Source: Planctomycetaceae bacterium | GTDB lineage: Bacteria; Planctomycetota; Planctomycetia; Pirellulales; UBA1268 | Length of the DNA stretch: 44,281 bases | Assembly (NCBI GenBank): GCA_005773625.1 | Contig: SXHR01000131.1 | Span: forward strand, 1-44,281 | Direction: 5' to 3' | Part shown: positions 40,325-44,281 of the stretch, one piece after another | Numbering within the stretch: the stretch's first letter is position 1 | Layout: each line of letters starts with the position of its first letter | Program-made: the position numbers and the translations under genes | Notes under the pieces: generated by a model | Database searches by the model: none | What the model was told of the DNA's origin: nothing | Seen by the model: the letters and a program-made list of their open reading frames with translations, nothing else

Positions 40325-42436
40325 TCAGCTTTTCTTCTTCCGTTCCCAGGTCTGGCCCGCCTTGTAGCGGGTGGCCCGTTCGACGAGTTCCTCGTTTTTC
40401 GTGATGCCCAGCACCTTGTCGAGGGCCTTCAGGAACTCCTCCCTGTTGGCATCGCGGAGCTTCTGGTGGTGGGCGAGCTCGACCACGCTCAGGCATGCCG
40501 GCTCGGCGAGCGCAGGATCGTCGAGATAGGGCACCACGAAGCGGAAGGTGTCGATCGTGCGGATCGCGTTGGCCCGCTCCAGCGCCTTTGCCTTGTCCGC
40601 CGGCCGCTCGCAGAGGCTCATCGTCTTTTTGAGCAGTTCGAGCTTCTGAGCGTCGTTGAGCCTGTTGTCGGGCAGCGGTGCGATCCGGATCAGCGCGGCG
40701 AGCAGCATGTTCCGCTCCCCCTCGTCGGTCGATGCATTGAAGAGTTCGAACAGCCGATCGGCCACCGTGGCATCCGGCCACCGGGCAAGCGCCGCAAGCC
40801 CCTGCGACCGCGTGGCGGGATCGGCGAGCATGCCCTCCACGAGTTCCATGACCTTCGGCCCGCCCACGCGGGCCAGCGCCGGCAGCAGGATCTCCCGATC
40901 GGCATCGCCGGCCGACGAATACTTCTCGAACAGGATCTCCGCGGATCGTGCGGAATCCTTGTTTGCCGTGCAGGTGCTGAACAACGCCAGTTCCGCCCCC
41001 TTCCGATCGTCGCCCGATGACCGCAGCAGCGCCTGAACCATGCCCGGTATCTGATCGGGGCCGCCCAGCCGTCCGAGCGCCCGCAGGGCCGCCTGCCGCA
41101 CGCCGGAGTCGTCGTCGATGGCCGCAGTGAGGAGCAGCGGCATGGCGTTGCGATCTCTCCGCTCGGCGATCACGTCGATCAGCACGGCCCGAGGTCCGGG
41201 AGCGGCGGCCCGGCCGGCGGCTGCCACGATCGCGGCGGCGGAATCGGGGCCGCCGATCACGACGAGCGCCCGTCGCGCCGCCGCCCGCTCGGGATCGGCC
41301 GCCGACAGGGATTTTTCAAGCGTGGGCACCGCCGCCGGACCGCCCAGCCTGCCGAGCAGAAGCAGCGCGGCTGAGCGGACCGCCGGATCGGTGGCCGATG
41401 CGAGCAGATTCACCGCGGCGGGGACCGCCGCGGCATCCCCCCGGTCCGCCAGGGCGAGCAGCGTCACGGTCTGCACGGCCGGCTCGAACGAGGGCATCTT
41501 TTCCGACACTGCTCGCGTGAACCATTCCCCGGAGACCCCGTGGCGGACCCGGTCGAGGGCGACGGCCCGCATGTCGGGATCACCGGCGGCGATGGCGGCG
41601 AGAACGGTGTCGCCCAACGACTTCCCCGCGGGCGACGACTCGGCGCGAAGCGGCCCTGCCGTCGCGGCCAGGACGATGGCAAGTGCGAGCACCGAACGGC
41701 GGACGGTGTCATCGAGCGCGGCGTAGAGCCCGCTCCTCGCGGCGATCCGTACGGCCCGCTCACGATGGGTCCGCGGCGGATTCCCCACCGATGCATCGAT
41801 CGATTCGAAGATCGCCCGGGCGGCCGTCCGGTCGCCTGCCGCCAGAAACACGTCCGCACAGGCGAGTCGGGCGTCGATCACCGCGTCGGCGACGGCGCCG
41901 GTCGCCTCCGCGGCGGCGAGGGCGGCGGCCGCCTCCGGCGTGGCGATCCTGCCGAGACCGCGGGCAGCGGCCACCGCGACCGCCGGGTCGCCCATGAGCC
42001 GCACCGCCATCAGCGGCACGCTCGCGGCATCGCGACGGCTGGCGAGCGATGAGATCATGCCGATCTCGAGATTGCCCGCGACGTCGGGGAGCGCTCCGCG
42101 GATCGCGTCAACCGCCTCCGGTCCGGCGATCCGCTCGAGCGCGAACCGAGCCATGTGCGAATGCTCGGCGTCGCGGAGCAGGGGGGCGAGGGCCGGCACC
42201 GCCGCCGCCGTGCCGATCACCGAGAGCGTGCGGCAGACATACTCCTTGGCGGCCCTCGACGTGGCGGGGCCGAGCAGGACGACGAGCCGCCCCTCGAGGT
42301 CCTTCCGGAGGGCGGGGTCGTCGTGGGCGGCGACGACCGCCGCATCGATCATGGCGAACGCCGCCTCGTCACCGCCCCAGTCATAGGTCGCCAGTGCGGT
42401 GAAGGGGACGGTGAGCGTGGAGGGATCGAAGGCCAT
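40325..42436 (-). CDS. HEAT/PBS-lyase-type repeat protein with one internal hydrophobic segment (703 aa)
   Basis: The ORF spans 40325-42616. The preferred start is ATG 42434-42436 (MAFDPSTLTV...), which avoids overlap with the upstream oxidoreductase gene. HEAT-like units recur (AVPALAPLLRDAEHSHMARFALERIAGPEAV, AVPAAVNLLASATDPAVRSAALLLLGRLGGPAAV, MPLLLTAAIDDDSGVRQAALRALGRLGGPDQI). Confidence 0.8.
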   Translation of the reverse strand: MAFDPSTLTVPFTALATYDWGGDEAAFAMIDAAVVAAHDDPALRKDLEGRLVVLLGPATSRAAKEYVCRTLSVIGTAAAVPALAPLLRDAEHSHMARFALERIAGPEAVDAIRGALPDVAGNLEIGMISSLASRRDAASVPLMAVRLMGDPAVAVAAARGLGRIATPEAAAALAAAEATGAVADAVIDARLACADVFLAAGDRTAARAIFESIDASVGNPPRTHRERAVRIAARSGLYAALDDTVRRSVLALAIVLAATAGPLRAESSPAGKSLGDTVLAAIAAGDPDMRAVALDRVRHGVSGEWFTRAVSEKMPSFEPAVQTVTLLALADRGDAAAVPAAVNLLASATDPAVRSAALLLLGRLGGPAAVPTLEKSLSAADPERAAARRALVVIGGPDSAAAIVAAAGRAAAPGPRAVLIDVIAERRDRNAMPLLLTAAIDDDSGVRQAALRALGRLGGPDQIPGMVQALLRSSGDDRKGAELALFSTCTANKDSARSAEILFEKYSSAGDADREILLPALARVGGPKVMELVEGMLADPATRSQGLAALARWPDATVADRLFELFNASTDEGERNMLLAALIRIAPLPDNRLNDAQKLELLKKTMSLCERPADKAKALERANAIRTIDTFRFVVPYLDDPALAEPACLSVVELAHHQKLRDANREEFLKALDKVLGITKNEELVERATRYKAGQTWERKKKS

Positions 42437-42473
42437 GGTCTGATTCCTGCGATTCAGGCTGTGGTGGTCTTTT

Positions 42474-42503
42474 CGGGGCGAGTCGGGGCGAGTCGGGGCG
42501 AGC
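42474..42503. repeat. 10-bp tandem repeat, 3 copies
   Basis: The units are CGGGGCGAGT, CGGGGCGAGT and CGGGGCGAGC. The array lies in the 88-bp gap between the oxidoreductase stop (42525) and the HEAT-protein start (42436). Confidence 0.85.
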
Positions 42504-42524
42504 GGCTGGGTCGGGATGCGGTGG

Positions 42525-43805
42525 TCAGAGCGTCCACGGCTCACGACGGGCGCGGTCAAGGAGTCGGTTGGCCTCGTCGTCATCGACGAATCGCTGGGCG
42601 TCGCGGTCCCAGGCAAGTGAACGCTGAAGCCGTCCCGCGAGCGCCACCATGTGCGGGCCCGTCATCGTGTTGACGCCGATCTCGATGTCGCGGAAGGGCC
42701 GCTCGCGGGTCTTGACGCAGGCGATGAAGTCACCATAGATGCCGCCGGCGCCCTTGTAGGCGGGCACGGGCCGCGGGGCGACGGGCTGCCCGTCGCCCCG
42801 GATCGTGATCCCCCGCTCGTGCGTCACCACAGAGGGGATGTTTCGCGGCTGCTCCTCCGGATGGCGGTTGCAGTGAATCTCGACGCCGTTGGGATACACG
42901 AGCGCCACGGAGACCGCTCGCCTGCCGTCAGCCGAGGCGGGCTGGTAGATGATCCGCTGCGGCTGCAGATCGAGCAGTCCCGCGGCGAAGATCGTGCCCC
43001 CGAAGTTGTGGGCGCCCCAGTCCGTCAGGCTGCCGCCGGAATAATCGACGTACGACCGCCAACTGTTGCCGCTGGTGCCGTAGTTGCCGTCGCAGCGGCC
43101 GGGGTTGTAGGGCTGCCATGGCGCGGGGCCGAGCCAGAGATCCCAGTCGATGCCGTCCGGCGTGGGCATGCCGGGCAGGTGGCAGGCCATCGCCGACGGG
43201 CCGACGTTCAGGTCGACCGTCGTGATCCGGCCGAGCTCGCCCGCCCAGCAGGGATCGACGATCGAGCGATAGTCGTCGAGCACCCGCTGGCTGCCACCGG
43301 ACACGACGCGGCCGTAGCGTCGCGCCGCGGCGATCATCAGCGGACCCTCACGGAGCGTGAGCGTCTCGGGCTTCTGCAGGTAGACGTCCTTTCCCGAGCG
43401 GCAGGCGGCGATCATCATGATCGAATGCCAATGGTCGGGCGTGGCGATGTGGACGGCGTCGATGTCGTCCCGGCCGAGCAGGTCGCGAAAGTCGATGATC
43501 GCAGCGCAGTCCTGCGTGCCGTACGTTTCGTCGGTCCGGACTTTGGCGGCGTTGCGGTATTTCTCCCGCACGTCGCAGACAGCGACATACTGAACCTCGG
43601 GCATGCCGAGAAACGCCCGCTGGTCGCCCGAGCCCATGTTGCCCAGGCCGATTCCGCCCATCACGATCCGGTCGCTCGCCGGCGGAGTGACGGCATCACC
43701 GAGGGCCTTGGAGGTGATGATGTAGGGCGTCGCGACGGCGACGCCCGCCGTGGCGGCCGAGGCCTTGAGAAAGCCGCGGCGGGTGGGGGAGAAACGTTTC
43801 GGCAC
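42525..43805 (-). CDS. Tat-exported Gfo/Idh/MocA-family oxidoreductase
   Basis: The preferred start is GTG 43803-43805, 7 nt after GGGAG. This gives the twin-arginine signal (M)PKRFSPTRRGFLKASAATAGVAVATPYI. The Rossmann N-terminus reads IVMGGIGLGNMGSGD...YVAVCDV. Family-like motifs DAVHIATPDHWH and DVYLQKP are present. Confidence 0.88.
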   Translation of the reverse strand: MPKRFSPTRRGFLKASAATAGVAVATPYIITSKALGDAVTPPASDRIVMGGIGLGNMGSGDQRAFLGMPEVQYVAVCDVREKYRNAAKVRTDETYGTQDCAAIIDFRDLLGRDDIDAVHIATPDHWHSIMMIAACRSGKDVYLQKPETLTLREGPLMIAAARRYGRVVSGGSQRVLDDYRSIVDPCWAGELGRITTVDLNVGPSAMACHLPGMPTPDGIDWDLWLGPAPWQPYNPGRCDGNYGTSGNSWRSYVDYSGGSLTDWGAHNFGGTIFAAGLLDLQPQRIIYQPASADGRRAVSVALVYPNGVEIHCNRHPEEQPRNIPSVVTHERGITIRGDGQPVAPRPVPAYKGAGGIYGDFIACVKTRERPFRDIEIGVNTMTGPHMVALAGRLQRSLAWDRDAQRFVDDDEANRLLDRARREPWTL

Positions 43806-43972
43806 GGCAAACTCCCATGAATGCGGACGGGGGGCGAGCGCCACCGCCGAAATGTAATGGCTGCAGAGACGCACAACAAACGACGGTCGGCTGATCTCCG
43901 CCGGTCACGGCCGCGGCCCCGCCCGACGGTCCCATCCGACGGCCATGGCCGGCTCGAGCAGCTGCGGCACGC

Positions 43973-43988
43973 GTGACAAGGGTGTCAC
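43973..43988. promoter_or_regulatory. Perfect dyad GTGACA-AGGG-TGTCAC, a candidate activator (UAS) site
   Basis: This is a 6+6 perfect inverted repeat with a 4-nt spacer, about 100 nt upstream of the sigma-54 promoter match. An extra GTGACA half-site lies at 44026-44031. Confidence 0.4.
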
Positions 43989-44084
43989 ATTTGGAAGACA
44001 CTTCATCCGCGGTGGTCGCGCCGGCGTGACACGACGGCGGCCCCCGTTTTCCGAAAAGCCGGGGACTTGCGACATTCCGGGCTT

Positions 44085-44100
44085 TGGCACGCCACGTGCA
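44085..44100 (+). promoter_or_regulatory. Candidate sigma-54 (-24/-12) promoter of the P-II gene
   Basis: TGGCACG-CCAC-GTGCA differs from the consensus TGGCACG-N4-TTGCW at one position. The GG (44086-44087) and GC (44098-44099) are at the canonical 12-nt offset. The site lies about 95 nt upstream of ATG 44196. Confidence 0.6.
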
Positions 44101-44195
44101 TTGAACTTGGATCGGCGGAAGTCGGTCGGCGCGATCGGCTCAGCATCCCAGGCACGGCCCGCCGACCGGGGCCACCCATCCGAGAGGAAAGAATC

Positions 44196-44281
44196 ATGAA
44201 GAAGATCGAAGCGATCATCCGGCACTTCAAGCTCGAGGAAGTGAAGGACGCGCTCAACGCTCAGGGCGTGAAGGGCATGAC
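44196..44281 (+). CDS. glnB: Nitrogen regulatory protein P-II, N-terminal fragment; it continues past the window end
   Basis: This gene is not in the ORF track because it is truncated. ATG 44196 follows GAGAGGA (44182-44188). The translation MKKIEAIIRHFKLEEVKDALNAQGVKGMT matches the conserved P-II N-terminus (compare E. coli MKKIDAIIKPFKLDDVREAL...GMT). Confidence 0.9.
   Translation, partial: MKKIEAIIRHFKLEEVKDALNAQGVKGM

Noticed and set aside
43905-44257. Three small ORFs (106, 84 and 84 aa) in the gap upstream of the P-II gene.
   Set aside because: They overlap one another and the well-supported glnB start. They have no SD or motif support. The region is better explained as a regulatory region with the sigma-54 promoter and dyad.

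Overview
This is a visibly very GC-rich bacterial chromosomal segment (GC not computed). Stop codons are rare, so every real gene is shadowed by long spurious ORFs in other frames.

I call 27 protein-coding genes, two of them cut by the window edges. I found no rRNA, tRNA, CRISPR array, transposase, integrase or phage gene.

Gene order:
- the 3' end of cysK
- a J-domain/LRR protein, divergent from an internally duplicated SurA/parvulin-type PPIase
- a minus-strand cluster: a sigma-70-family factor with a long HTH-rich N-terminal extension, then three exported proteins (an FG-GAP/VCBS repeat protein, a PDZ-less trypsin-like protease and a 659-aa unknown)
- an exported 485-aa unknown
- the conserved infC-rpmI-rplT-pheS-pheT block
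- a Pro-rich DUF11-repeat envelope protein
- an isolated formylmethanofuran:H4MPT formyltransferase
- an 805-aa exported unknown
- recC-recB-recD, divergent from sbcD-sbcC
- ribD
- a protein with an N-terminal SEC-C-like motif
- an NtrC-family sigma-54 activator with a degenerate receiver domain
- a HEAT-repeat protein
- a Tat-signal Gfo/Idh/MocA oxidoreductase
- the 5' end of a P-II gene behind a good sigma-54 promoter match

The combination of an H4MPT enzyme, DUF11, FG-GAP, a Tat-signal Gfo/Idh/MocA enzyme, a SEC-C-motif protein and an extended sigma factor suggests Planctomycetota. That is an inference, not a database result.

I found no convincing defence island, mobile element or clearly new multi-gene system; most of the window is core housekeeping.

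The leads most worth a second look:
1. The sigma-54 promoter plus upstream dyad at the P-II gene, together with the pseudo-receiver enhancer-binding protein.
2. The sigma factor plus exported FG-GAP/protease/unknown cluster, and its 527-bp control region carrying an AGAAAA motif array.
3. infC with an apparent AUC start and a structured leader, plus a 178-nt structured rpmI-rplT spacer.
4. Two short tandem-repeat arrays in intergenic DNA.
5. The divergent recCBD/sbcDC locus with a shared inverted repeat.
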